A stretch of DNA of 64,000 nucleotides, from contig NW_024704742.1 of NCBI RefSeq assembly GCF_018977255.1, positions 23,004,001 through 23,068,000 on the forward strand. The letters are read 5' to 3'. Below, piece after piece: positions 26,975 to 38,819 of this stretch; positions within the stretch are counted from its first letter, which is position 1, and each line of letters starts with the position of its first letter. A model generated the notes under the pieces. The model searched no databases, had not been told where the DNA came from, and saw only the letters and a list, made by a program, of their open reading frames with translations. This DNA is from Callorhinchus milii. Lineage: Eukaryota. Position numbers and translations under genes: made by a program.

Positions 26975-27280
26975 TGTATGCTCCAGCCTGCTTCACATTC
27001 CCCGCCTTGCCTGCCCCACAATTGGTGGGCGGACTTTCAGCCTCTCTGTCTCCATCCTCTGGAACACCATCCCACAGTCCCTCGGCCTTGCCCCTTCAAG
27101 ACCCGTCTCAAGACCCTCTTCCTTTTTGACCTTGCCTTTGATCACATTCCTATCCCTACCATCCCCATCCTCCACCTCTCCTGATCCCAACCGCTAGCTC
27201 GGGTCCCTGATTGTCCAGCACCTTGGGACGTCCCCCTGGCATGAAAGACACTTTATAACTATAATTTGTTGTTGTTGTTG
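26975..27280 (+). mobile_element. L2 3' end
   Basis: ttcagcctctctg...cttcaagacccgtctcaagacc...ttgggacgtcccc...ttgttgttg. Confidence 0.8.
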
Positions 27281-27287
27281 TATATTC

Positions 27288-27715
27288 TGGATCAGTCTGG
27301 CTCAGTTGGTAGCAGTCTGACTCCCTCTGAGTCAGAAGGATGTGGGTTCCAGCCCTTCGTTGAGATTTGGAACTCATAATCTAAGATGACACTCCAATGC
27401 AGTCCTGGGGGGTGCTGCATTATTATTTCTTTGGAAAATACATTTAACGGAGACTCCATTTGCCTCTTCAAGTAGATGTTAAAGATCCAATGGCACTATC
27501 CTAAACGGCAGTTTCTTCCAGTGTTTTGACCAACAATATCCTCAAATAAAAAAATTATTTCACTCCATGGCTGTTTGTGGGACAATGCTGCGGGCAAATT
27601 GGCTGCCATGTTCACCTACAAAACACACAGTCACCACATGTTACAGTAAATCCTATGAAGCACTGTGGGACATCCTCTTCATGTAAAAGGTGTTATACCA
27701 AATGCGAGGATTTTG
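27288..27715 (+). mobile_element. Older tRNA-headed Deu-type SINE (SacSINE1-like)
   Basis: ggctcagttggtagc...ctctgagtcagaagg..tgggttc head; gatgttaaagatccaatggcactat central domain; gctgtttgtgggac...aattggctgcc; L2-like tail. Family name from memory. Confidence 0.65.
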
Positions 27716-29311
27716 TATAAAACGCTTGGAGGCAGTCACCCCACGTATAATGTGTTAATTAATCCCTGCACCTCAACAGGGCAGTCTCCCCATGTCCTCT
27801 CTAAGGACCTGCTGCCTTTAAGAAGACATTCCTCTGAGTCTCTTCCCAATACCTAGAGATCCAGAATACTACCCCATGTGAAAGGCGCTATATAAATGCA
27901 AGTTGTTGTTGTTGAAGACAAGTTAACCACTATTCTAACGGCTGGCCAATTAGCAGTGGCTCGGGTTGTGGTGGCATGGACCATCTGGCATGGGTGACAG
28001 CATGAATATCGACACTTGGTAATACTCAGTAGAGTATTCCTTACAGTGCTGCAGCTGGTGTCAGGAGCTCAGCTGTGTTTGGTTTACGGGATGTAACCCT
28101 CCCCCATTTTACCACTACCGTTACTCTAACCATTGGTAACTCCGGGATAGCTTCCAGGAGCAGAAATCTAATCAGGAAGTCTGATGCTTGTTACTGGATC
28201 TGTCACTTACAGAGCTGAGGAACTCTCTTCTAACTTGGTGACATTAATCTAGTTGGTGTTTCATTAGCTCTATGAGATACAGCAGTTTATATTGAAAATA
28301 CTTCCCTCTCAAGTTGTGTTCTCTTTTATGTCATGCTGAACTGTAGCTTGCATTTAAAGAATAATATTAAAATAATAATATAATCCCTACATTTGGTACA
28401 ATGCCTTTCAGGTTGGGAGGACTTCCTGAAGCGTTTCACAGGATATACTGTAAAGTCGAATAATTGCGTGTTTTGTGGGCGAAAAATATCACATTAGGAT
28501 ATTACTATTTTAACAAGTATCATGTGTTGTATCAAAACTGAAAGAGTACTAAAAATACTCTATGTGGATGTTTTTAGTAGTAATATACAAAAGCAAATGA
28601 GGAAAATGAGTTGTTACGTGCTATATTACCACTGAATTATTGAAATAACTTTTGAGACTGGCACTGAGTATTAGACAAGCAGAATGGACTGGATTTTTTT
28701 CAGAAATCACATTGACATGGAAAGATTAACAGCATAGTGCTGGAAGTGCAAAGAAAGAGAAACTGGCTTTAGTAGTAATCCCACAATACATTAAGAGCGG
28801 AACATGAAACGCAATCAATCAGAGGATTGTAGATCACCTAAGCTCATTATTGCTTATTCTGAATATAGGCTATAAATATACATGTTTTTAAAACAAGCAA
28901 AAGAGAGCTATTCCTAAAAAAAACACTGCTTCAATATAGATTGTAATTGAGGGATTCAATACTATATGGGACGTTCCGTAGTTATTGATTTCACCTATCT
29001 AGCCATGTCAAGAATTTAGATGTTTCCTTGCATTATAAACAAAACCATCAGCTTTCTTCTAATTGATTTTAAAATAAGTTTTTCCTGTAATACCACACGT
29101 GAGGCAACGTGACTGTCCATTTTTAAGACTCCATCAAAAACGTAATGATCTTCCTCATAAAATTAATAATATCCCTTATTATCCTATATCATAAGGCATT
29201 GTTATGATCTTGAATCAGCATTTACATCAACCAAAAAGACCACTATATCAGCAAAGTAAACAAAGGACCTGCAATGCAACATTGATTTAGACGTATGAAG
29301 CAGCAAATATT

Positions 29312-29532
29312 AAGCCTTACATTCCAGCTAGTCATAGCCTGTGAGATTGTTTTGTCCTAAAATTTAAGATGCAGCAGAATTGCCTCAAATTCTTAAATTC
29401 TGTCTCAATTTGGAAGCCAGTTTTCTGCAGCTCTTAAAAAGAACTAATTGAGAATTTTCCACACTTTTCTGCTCCTTGAGCAGGTTAGACAAAATGGTCT
29501 TACAGGCTACGGTCAGGTAGAATTTTCAGGCC
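29312..29532. mobile_element. Second, more diverged copy of the foldback MITE
   Basis: tagcctgtgagattgttttgtc pairs with gacaaaatggtcttacaggcta; ends ttcaggcc like the 47991 end. Confidence 0.7.
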
Positions 29533-29936
29533 TAGCATCAGGCACATATTGGTGAGTTTGAGACTGTAACCTTGCTCATAAACTGCTATGTCTCTGCTGC
29601 TTGGAAATAAATCAAAAACTCATAGTTTACAGTGACTCTTCAATGCAGTACTGGGAGTGTTGGAGGTGCCATCTTTCGGATGTGATGTTCAAGTAAGTGT
29701 TGAGTAGCAACACTTGCTCCCTCTCTGAACTCATGACTTTACTTGTTTGCTCTGACTCTAGTTGTAGCATCTCTCAACCTTGTGACACTTAATGTGTTCC
29801 TTTCCTGACTGCTTGACCTCCTCAATGTTACTGTCTCAGGAGGGAGCTTTTCTGGGTCCTACGACTCCCATTTCTTCAACACTTAATTAAATTTAAAACT
29901 CACCACAATGTACATTGATTGGTAAAATGCACATAC

Positions 29937-30100
29937 ATTTTCAATTCTGTTTCTTGTTTTTGCTTTTCCAGTTGCTTTTGACTCGGGGGCCGTGAAGATG
30001 GCAGTGAACTCGGTGCCTGGGAAACCTCTTTAAAAATTTGGTGGATATTCACAGCTTTGTTAACTTTCTGCCTAAACTCCAAGTTTTTCATCATGGTACT
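29937..30100 (-). CDS. IQCM: IQCM-like exon (STMMKNLEFRQK...QETELK), phase 0 to 2
   Basis: Acceptor ttttgcggtgcag and donor AT|gtatgt; 164 nt open; phases match both neighbours. Confidence 0.75.
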
Positions 30101-30607
30101 CTGCACCGCAAAAGTGAAAGAGAAAGAGCAAACAGTAGTTAGCCAACAAGCAGTAAAGAGAAGCTGAGGTGAAAAAACATCTGTTCTGTGGTCATTATCA
30201 CTGGCGATATAATTATCAGTCTTGAAACATGTAAACCTGTCTTTAATTGTTAACAGGTTTAGGAATGAACAAACTCCCACCCCCTCCCACTCGACAAGCA
30301 GCTGCAAAAAGCTTCAAACGGCTTTGGGCCAAACCATAATGCCAAAGTCAGAGTTTCACTCCAAAATTTGCTAGTATCAAAGCCTGGTTTTGATCATACT
30401 TTTTTCACCCAGATTATTTAATTAGAATTAAAATCAAAGACCACAAGTTGAATTACAAAATCAATACATTGCAAGTTCAAGACAAAATGGTAGCTTTGAG
30501 GAATTAAAGCTAATTGAAGCTATCCCTGAGATATTGATCAGTCACGTACCTAAAATCTAAAACGATGCGATCTAATATATATCGAATTACAGTGAATTGA
30601 TCCTTAC

Positions 30608-31406
30608 CGGGTCTTTAGGTTGAAAGAATACGGGAATAGGGCGTCCCTTTTTAAATGTCTTAGTTAATGGGATGCGGGTGTTGTCTGCTAAGCCTTTTGC
30701 TGGCAGCAACTGAGTCTCTGCCTCTGGGATATCAGCTGGAATGCTTTCCTCTTGTGGGATTTCAAGCGGAATATTCATCTGAATGCTTGTCTTTTTTTGT
30801 TGCTGGTACTTGGTGGGTTTAGGATGTTGAACCACGTCATCTGAGTGGGGCAGTGGACTGACAGATTTATCCTTTTCTATCTGTAGTAAATATTGCTGTC
30901 CCCCAACTGTATCTAATTTGTCATCTGAAATATCCACATTGTCTCTATCTTCCTGAAACGCTGCAACTTTTTGATCTGATTGAAAAGGTGCAGGGACATC
31001 TTGCTTCAACAGAAATTTGTTTTCCTCTTGAAAACCTGAGACCTTCTCAGCCAGGTTATCAGCTTGTTCTTGTTCGCTGAAGGCATCCTTGTCATCAACT
31101 GAACCAGGTACTTCAAGAGATGTTTGGTCAACAGCAGGTGCCTGTGTTCCTTCTGCTTCGAACCGGTCTCTTGGTGGCTGAGGTATTACACTGAAGGGAG
31201 CTTCAGTCTTACAATCAAAGATTGGTACATGAAGCTTTCTGCATGGGCTGTCAGACCGCTTTTGCTTTGCCAACACTTTGCGGCCCTTAGATCCATCCTG
31301 AGCATCAATAAAACACTGCACTTCATGTTTAAGGCGTGCTTGTGTGTCTTGACCCGATAAGGGGCTGCTCAACTCATCCATTTTTCCATAGACAGGACTC
31401 TGAAAA
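30608..31406 (-). CDS. IQCM: IQCM-like large exon (799 nt, D/E/Q/K/P-rich, likely disordered), phase 2 to 0
   Basis: Covers most of the 264-aa ORF 30587..31381 in non-repeat DNA. Acceptor tctttgcag at 31407, with an alternative phase-0 acceptor ttttcag at 31400. Donor CCG|gtaagg. Confidence 0.75.
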
Positions 31407-32054
31407 CTGCAAAGATGCCTCGTGTTAAAAGAAAATGTGAGAAGGCAACAGAGTTTGATAAAGAAGCTGGAGAGGTGACATTATAAACAACAACAAACTG
31501 CTTTAATTTACTGCCTTTTTTGTGGGGTGGTGTCACGGAGGCCTTCCAGTGAAAGTGCATGGCAAACGGTTGCAAATCCATAGCGTAATGAAGTAAATCA
31601 TGCTGTGAAACACTTTTAACATAACTTATGAGATATTGTAGTGAAAATAATGGGCAGCTCTCTCCTCACTCCTCGAACAAATATTATTTTCAATCAGGGT
31701 GGTTCTGTATTCCTTTAATTATTTTAATACCTAAATGTGCATGATTTGTTCAATTGTTATCGAGATCTTAGAAAAAAAATCATGCCCTCCTTTAAACCCT
31801 AGCATCCTTGGGTGATTCACTGTCTCCCAGCAGAGAAGTATCCGCCATCTGCTCATCACCTCGCTAAGCAGCATGACTGGGATAAGGGGATGGGGTAGGG
31901 CACATAGTTTGCTGACGGATGCTGGCAGATCCTATTAAGAAATGCTGCAAATTCAAACCAATCATTTTGAAGCATACAGCGTAAAAATTTGTAGCTGTGA
32001 TCACTTTAGTAATTTGCCTCATTTAATAACCGAGGAGCTGCTGCAGGAAATCAT

Positions 32055-32325
32055 CCTCTGTTTACCTAGCAGTAAGTAGGAACCCAGTTATTAGTCGATT
32101 GGCGAATCGCTTTTCCGGGGGTAATAATCCATTCAAAAAAATAATAATCATAATAACGTCACTCAATTCACGACTGTTTGTGGGACACTGCTGTGTGCAA
32201 TTGGCTGCCACATTTCACCCAGAAAATATACAGTCAATTCACTTTACAGTATATTCTGTGAAACGCTTTAGAGATGTCTCGAAGACGTGATAAGACGCTA
32301 TATCAAATGCAAGGATTATTATATT
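32055..32325 (+). mobile_element. 5'-truncated SINE (long form)
   Basis: cctctgtttacctagcagtaagtaggaacc...gcaaggattattat. Confidence 0.85.
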
Positions 32326-32880
32326 ATCATATCCTTGTGTCAGTCCCAGTGCTGTTTCTATAGCAGCTGCAACAACAGAAAGTGGTGTCATGTGCACACT
32401 TGCACATGCTCTGCTGTTGCTGCTTTCTCTCTTGCCACAGAGTGCAATGGTTTGTTCCAGCTTTGGAACCTGCAATCGTTTTACGTCGCTGCAATATACG
32501 TAACCCTGGACTGAACAAGCACTTTTATTGTGCTTAAAATGGCCTCAAATTATTTGATGTGCAAGCAAGAATCGACCTAAGCAATTATTTATTAGCTTTA
32601 ATAACACAGGTTCATATAATTTTCCAAGACGTGTGAATCTAATAGTTATCATCAGGCGCTAACTGATTCCAGGAATCTTATTTGAAGATTTCCCCGGCTC
32701 CTACCCTGCCATTGGTCTATACTGAAGCAAGTTGTGTGTTGAGCACAACACCTATTGTAACTCAACAACCATGCAAATCAACATCTGCATTGGCTAGTTC
32801 CTTCCTCAATAAGTATGGGGGTAAAGGGGCAAGGGCAGAGAAGTGAAATGAAAGGCTTGCTCTTTATAAGAGCCAGCACA

Positions 32881-33190
32881 AAACAATACAAATTTACATT
32901 TACAAAGTGCCTTTCACATTGGGAGGACATCCCAAGGTTTGCACCCGAGCTGGGGGCAAGATGACCAAAGGGGAAGGTCTTGAGGCGGTCCTTGAAGCAG
33001 GCAAAGGAAGTCCAGAGTCGAAGGAACTCTAGGATGCAGTTTCATAGACTGGGGGCAGATATGCTGAAAGCCTGACTGCCAATGGTTGGGCGGGTAATAA
33101 TAATAATGATAAGGCAGGGGGCATTCAGCAGGCTAGTGCCTACCGAGCAGAGGAAGTGGCCACGTAGGTAGGATTTGAGGAGGTCACAGA
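32881..33190 (-). mobile_element. L2 3' end inserted in a CR1 3' UTR remnant
   Basis: gggaggacatcccaagg tail. The flanks 32800-32880 (agagccagcaca) and 33190-33210 (gaccaaatggcct) are consecutive CR1 3' UTR pieces. Confidence 0.7.
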
Positions 33191-33736
33191 GGCAGACCAA
33201 ATGGCCTTAGAGCCACATAAATTCACAGCAGAGACCAAGTCCTGTTAATTCCTGTAGAGAACTTCCACTCAACAATGTACGCTCCACTATTGCATTTCCT
33301 GTTGAATGGAAGAGTAGTTAAAAGGAAGAGATTGTTCCACAACCCTGCATTATACCCAGCTTTTAGCCATTGGTTACATTGGCCATTTACACTATTAACT
33401 CACACTTCTGCTAAAATAGCAAAACAGACCCCAGTGATTCCCAGAATGCCAATACTGTTCACTGATTGATTCTGATGCTTAATTCAGAAACATTTGGGAC
33501 CAATTATGTTTGTCAAATACACAGGACAAGTGATAAAAGATGCCAGAATATATAAGACAAGAGAAGTCTCAAAAGTAAAACATATTATGACAAATAGATG
33601 TTGTATTCAACTTAATCTGAAATGCCAATTGCATAAAGGCAATTAGATGCTGTTTTTTCAACGAGCTTGAGAGAAATTATCAAGTTTCATAATTGAAATG
33701 ATGTAGTGTTTCAAAAGGTTATGTAAATCAAATCAC

Positions 33737-33795
33737 CTCAACTTAACAGCGTCGTCTGGTCTGTCCTTTCCCGGAACGTCTGAGATTGCTGTTTT
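33737..33795 (-). CDS. IQCM: IQCM-like small exon (KTAISDVPGKDRPDDAVKL), phase 0 to 2
   Basis: Acceptor ttatttcag and donor GAG|gtgatt; 59 nt. Open only in the frame that bridges the 38611 donor (phase 0) and the 31406 acceptor (phase 2). Confidence 0.55.
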
Positions 33796-34435
33796 CTGAA
33801 ATAATTAAGAGAATGAGGCTTCACTTGATCTTATTCAGAATTTAAATATTTGAATTCGACTGCACTTTTACCAAAGGAAGGAGAAATTTTTAAAAGTTTT
33901 ACATTGCGGTACCACAATTTCGAGTGTACTATACTTCCCTCTGGGCTTTGCACTTTATATTATTTTTCATTTATTAATGATATTATTTGAATCGTTTAAA
34001 TGCTTCACGTTTCAATATTAATTATAGAGCAGTGAGAGATACAGATAATGATAGAAATCACAGCAAAGGGCAGGGATACTCAGACCATCGAGCCTGCAAT
34101 GGTATCCGCATATGTACTCTAATCACATTTCCCTGCTCCTTCCCCATAGTCTTTTATAACCTTCCTCTTCAAATGCTCACTGGTTCCTTTTTAAATGTTG
34201 TTATGCTCTCAGTCTCAATAGCCAATTGTGGCACAGTATCCCATATTTTAATAACCCCTCTTTGGAAAAAAAGTTGCTTGCAATCGTTTTCCCCCTCTGA
34301 ACACTTCCATTGACAATCCTGAGCTTATGCTCTCCATCACTGGTTTAGTAAATCGAATTTAGTAAGAATAATCATTCACTGATTTTCCATTCAAAATCAT
34401 TCAGAATTTTGAAGATCTCTATTAGATCCACTCAT

Positions 34436-34645
34436 AATCCATGCATTTATTACATCTAGGTTCGATTACGCCAACTCTATGCTTGTCGGCCTTCCCAACT
34501 TTTCCCTCCACAAGTTACAGATCAGAACTCTGCAGCTCGTGTCCTTTCCCGCACTGGGCTCTGTGACCCTATCACCCCCACCCTCGCCAGGCTCCACATC
34601 TCCCAGAGGAGAGAATTCAAAATCCTCATTCTTGCCTTCAAACCC
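34436..34645 (+). mobile_element. Internal L2 fragment
   Basis: catgcatttattacatctaggttcgattac (HAFITSRFDY) ... agaactctgcagctcgtgtcct. Confidence 0.7.
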
Positions 34646-35042
34646 ATCATCCCGGTATCATCCACGTGAAATGGAGTGTGGACGCCATCTGGATAATTAC
34701 CAGCACATTTAACACTTGGGAAGAATCACATAACACAATCATTTATACAATGAAACTTGTTGAAATAATCAGTTAGAAGGCAACTAAATCAGCATGCTGT
34801 AAGTTGTAGTTTTTCGTCTCATCAAATAGCTTTCTGTAGTTCCCTAGAGTCTGTTTGCCGCTGTAACACGTTCATTGGCATAGTGGGGACAATTTTCCTC
34901 TTCAATGAGGTAAAATATTTATTGAAAGAATGTGCTATCAATGCACTCACTTCATGTATAAAACAGTAAACGTGTCAGTGTCAAAACTAACTCTTGGGTG
35001 AGGTATGTGAGAGCTCCCACCAGCTAGAGATAACACCCCATA

Positions 35043-35435
35043 TCTTGGCTCAGTTGGTTGCGCACTCTTGCCTCTGGGACCAAAAGTTTTGGTCTTAAGC
35101 TTCACATTGGGTTTGTGTCTTTGCCTGTTTAGCCTGACACTCCAGTAAGATATTGTGGGAAGCGTTGCATTGTCAGAGGGTTGTCCTCTGGATAAAAATT
35201 TAAACTAATGTCACGGCTGCTTGTTTTTCAGGCACATTAAAATTCCATGAAAATAATTGAACAATAAAGGGAAATTATCTTGGCGTCCTCGCTAACAATC
35301 ATCCAGATTAATTAGCTATTCACTTCATGTCTGTCTTTGAGACTTTCTTGTGTATAAATTGGCTGATGAGTTTGCCTACAAATACATTTGACAGTGATTA
35401 TGTAAAGCACTGTGAGACATTTCAATGACATGAGG
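35043..35435 (+). mobile_element. Degraded Deu-type SINE
   Basis: Colinear with 27288-27715: tggctcagttggttgc, tgacactccagt, aaattggctg, aagcactgtgagacat. Confidence 0.6.
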
Positions 35436-36079
35436 CCAGTAATACAGTCAATGTGGGAATTTCATTGCTTACTTGTGGGATGAATTCCACATTCAGTGAC
35501 CCTGATTAAACCAATTATGATCAGCCTTGAGACATCTTCAAGACGTGATAAGGCGCGATATCAAATGCAAGGATTATTATTATTATCAATCATAAAACAA
35601 ATCTACAGGCCTTTTTGGTTTGCTATACCACATTAAATAAAATTGTAAAATGTAAAATTTTATCAAAATACTGTTCAAAAAAATACTTTCTAAATGAACG
35701 TTAGTCTTTTGTTACCAAGATGTTTTGTTTTGCAAGTGTCAAAAATACAACATTGCCAGTCACAGCCTGACTTTGTAACCATCAGGTTAGGGCGATAAAC
35801 CTCTAAGAGTCCATCTGATGTTGAATTCCACTGGCTTTGAATACATTTGCTGCAGCTGTGAAGCTCAGCTTCTATTTATTTTTATTTAAAAAACAAATCT
35901 ACTGTTTACTGACAGTAAAGAGTTGTGTTTTGTATTGTTGAAACAGCTCACACAACAGAGGACACCAGAAACTAGAATTGGACTTTCTTACTCTGGTTTG
36001 CTCATTGCCTCATACAATGGTAGGGGTCAGTATAAAAGAGTGCTCCTTGTTTAATCAAATTAATCAATTTAAGATAATT

Positions 36080-37940
36080 CAACAACACCAACAACAACAA
36101 GATTCCATTTATAGAGCGCCTTTCATGTCTCAAGGCGCTGGACAGTTGGGTCAGGACCCGAGCAGGGGGAAATGGTCAGGGTGAGGGGAGGGAAGGGAGG
36201 GAGCGAGGAGGGGGTAGAGAGTCGAGAGGGGAGCTGAAGGCACGGTTAAAGAGAAAGGTCTTGAGACCGGCCTTGAAGGAGGAAAGGGAGGAAGCGGCGA
36301 AGGCATTGGGGGATGGAGTTCCAGAGCCTCGGGGCTGAGAGGCTGAAGGCCCGGCCACCGATGGTAGGGCGGTTGGGGCGGGGGATGTGGAGCAGACCGG
36401 AGCCAGAGGAACGGAGGGTACGGGCAGGTAAGTAGGGGGATAGTAGGTCGGAGAGGTAGGAGGGAGCGAGGCCGTGAATGGCCTTGTAGGTGAGGATGAG
36501 GATCTTGAATTCGATCCTCTGGGGGATGGGGAGCCAGTGGAGGCGAGCGAGGGTGGGAGTGATGTGGTCCCGAAGCCTGGTGCGGGACAGTACACGAGCT
36601 GCAGAGTTCTGAATGACCTGCAGCTTGTGGAGGGAGGTGCCGGGAAGGCCGGCGAGGAGAGAGTTCCCATAGTCCAGCCTTGAGGTGATAAAGGCGTGGA
36701 CCAGAGTTTCAGCAGCGTGAGGGGTGAGGTAGTGCCGTAGTCTGGCGACGTTTCGGAGGTGATGGAAGGCGGTGCCAGTTGTGGCGCAGATATGAGGGAG
36801 AAAGGACAGCTCAGAGTCGAACAGAAAGCCGAGGTTCCTGACTGGCTTTGAGAGGTGGAAAGTGCAGCCTTGGATGCTGATGGTGTCAGCGCCTGAGGTG
36901 CGGAGGCGCTGACGTGAGCCAATCAGGAGGGCCTCAGTTTTGCGCACGTTGAGCTGAAGAAAGTTGTCTCTCGTCCAGGACTCGATGTCGGACAGGCAGC
37001 TGTCAGGACATCGGTGGTCGTGGAGTTGAGGGTAGAGGAGGAAAGGTAGAGTTGGGTGTCATCCGCATACATGTGGAAGTTAACCCCATGTCTGCGGATG
37101 ATGTCACCAAGGGGGAGCATATAGAGGGTGAAGAGGAGGGGACCAAGGACAGAGCCCTGAGGGACACCACACGAGACAGTGCGGGGGCCGGAGGAAAAGC
37201 CATTCGTGGAAACATAGTGAAGACGGTGGGAGAGCTCCGACCTAAACCACTCAAGGACAGGGCCTTGAAGGTTGAGGTGGGAGGACAAGCGGTGGAGGAG
37301 GATAGCGTGGTCGACCATATCGAATGCTGCCGATAGGTCGAGGAGGACGAGGAGGCAGAGGGAGCCCTGGTCGCAGATGGTCAAGATGTCATTGGTGACC
37401 TTGATCAGGGCGATTTCTGTGCTTTGGGCAGCACGGAAACCTGACTGAAGGGGTTCGAATAATGCATGGGTGGAGAGGAAAGAGCGCAGCTGGGAGGCGA
37501 CAACTCTTTCTTGGACAGCAAGGGGAGGTTGGAGATGGGCTGGTAGCTTGATAGCTGTGACGCATCAAGGGAGGATTTTTTCAAAGTGGGAGTGATGGTG
37601 GAAGTTTTTAGGGGAATGGGAACAGAGCCAGAGGAGAGGGACAGGTTGATGATGTCTGTGATAAGTGGGGCAAGGAGGTGGAGCTGAGAGATAAGGAGTG
37701 GAGTGGGGATGGGGTCAAGGGAGCAGGTGGTGGGTTTCAGGGACAGGATGAGTTTGGTGACAGAGGGTGGGGAAACGGGTTCGAAGGTGTGCAGGGGAGT
37801 ATGGGTAGGAGTCGGAGTGTGGGAGGGAAGGGGTGGGGGGTGGTTGGAAGTTGGAGGGGGAGTGACCGCGGAGCGGATTCTCTTGATTTTGGATTCAAGG
37901 AAATCCAGCACCTCCTCGCAGTGAAGGTTGGAGGAGATTT
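36080..37940 (-). mobile_element. 5'-truncated L2-clade LINE (about 1.9 kb), same subfamily as 15040-16233
   Basis: [45 protein letters not shown]; (TTG)n tail; highly similar to the 15 kb copy. Confidence 0.93.
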
Positions 37941-38610
37941 GGAAGCTGCCTTTGGAGGAAGGCAGCTTCCAAAAGAGAACTAGGTAGCTATCAAAAAAAT
38001 ACAATAAATTTGCATTTATATAGCAGCTTTTATGTGGGGTAGAGCTGAGATGCTCAAAAAAGGAGTCATTTGGAGGGATACAGGGCAAAAGGCAGGTATG
38101 TGGACTGAATGAATTACTCTCTTAAAGAGCCAGTACAGACACGAATGGCCTTCTGTGTTACACATTTCTATGATTCTATGCACAGTGAGTAAACGTTCAG
38201 CTCCCATAGCTGAAAGATTCTGAAGCCAATTGCAGCTTTGTGACTGCCATTTCAATTGATACGAGCACAGATCTGGGACACAACTGAGCCAGTGGCAGAA
38301 GCTGATTTCTAATTTTATTTTCTGGGCCCTAAGCAAGTCAGTATAATACAAAGTTAAAAGGTAGTGATTTATTATTTGGTCATGGCCCAACTTTGTAACC
38401 TTCAGGCAAGGGCGATAACCTACCAAGAGTTCATCACAAGCACGTTTTGAGTCACACCAGCTTGGAATATACTTGCTGCTGCTGTGAACCTGATTATTTA
38501 TTATTACAATTATTTGAGTTATTTAAACACGAGACATTCCCTCATGCCAAAGTAACCACAGAACATCATTTGTAATGCCACGAATGATTCACTTGGTGCG
38601 TTTCTCTTAC

Positions 38611-38819
38611 CCTTTGGCCTGCGTCCTTTTTTTGACTTAAGCTGGTGTGCTGGGCTGCTGGGACACTGCTCCATTTCCCCAAATCCAGGCACTCTGTCCT
38701 CATTCTCAACAGCTGGTGTTTAGTCCATTGCCTTTTTTCGATTCTCGCCTTGGCAACTGGAAAATACCCAGTGGGTTCCTGACTTGCATGGCCTCTCCAA
38801 TCAAAATAAACTATTTCAT
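38611..38819 (-). CDS. IQCM: IQCM-like exon (DEIVYFDWRG...KDAGQR), phase 1 to 0
   Basis: Acceptor ttcttttcaccag and donor AGG|gtaaga on the minus strand; 209 nt open. FDWRG resembles the (F/Y)DWRG motif I recall from IQCM. In phase with the next exon. Confidence 0.65.
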
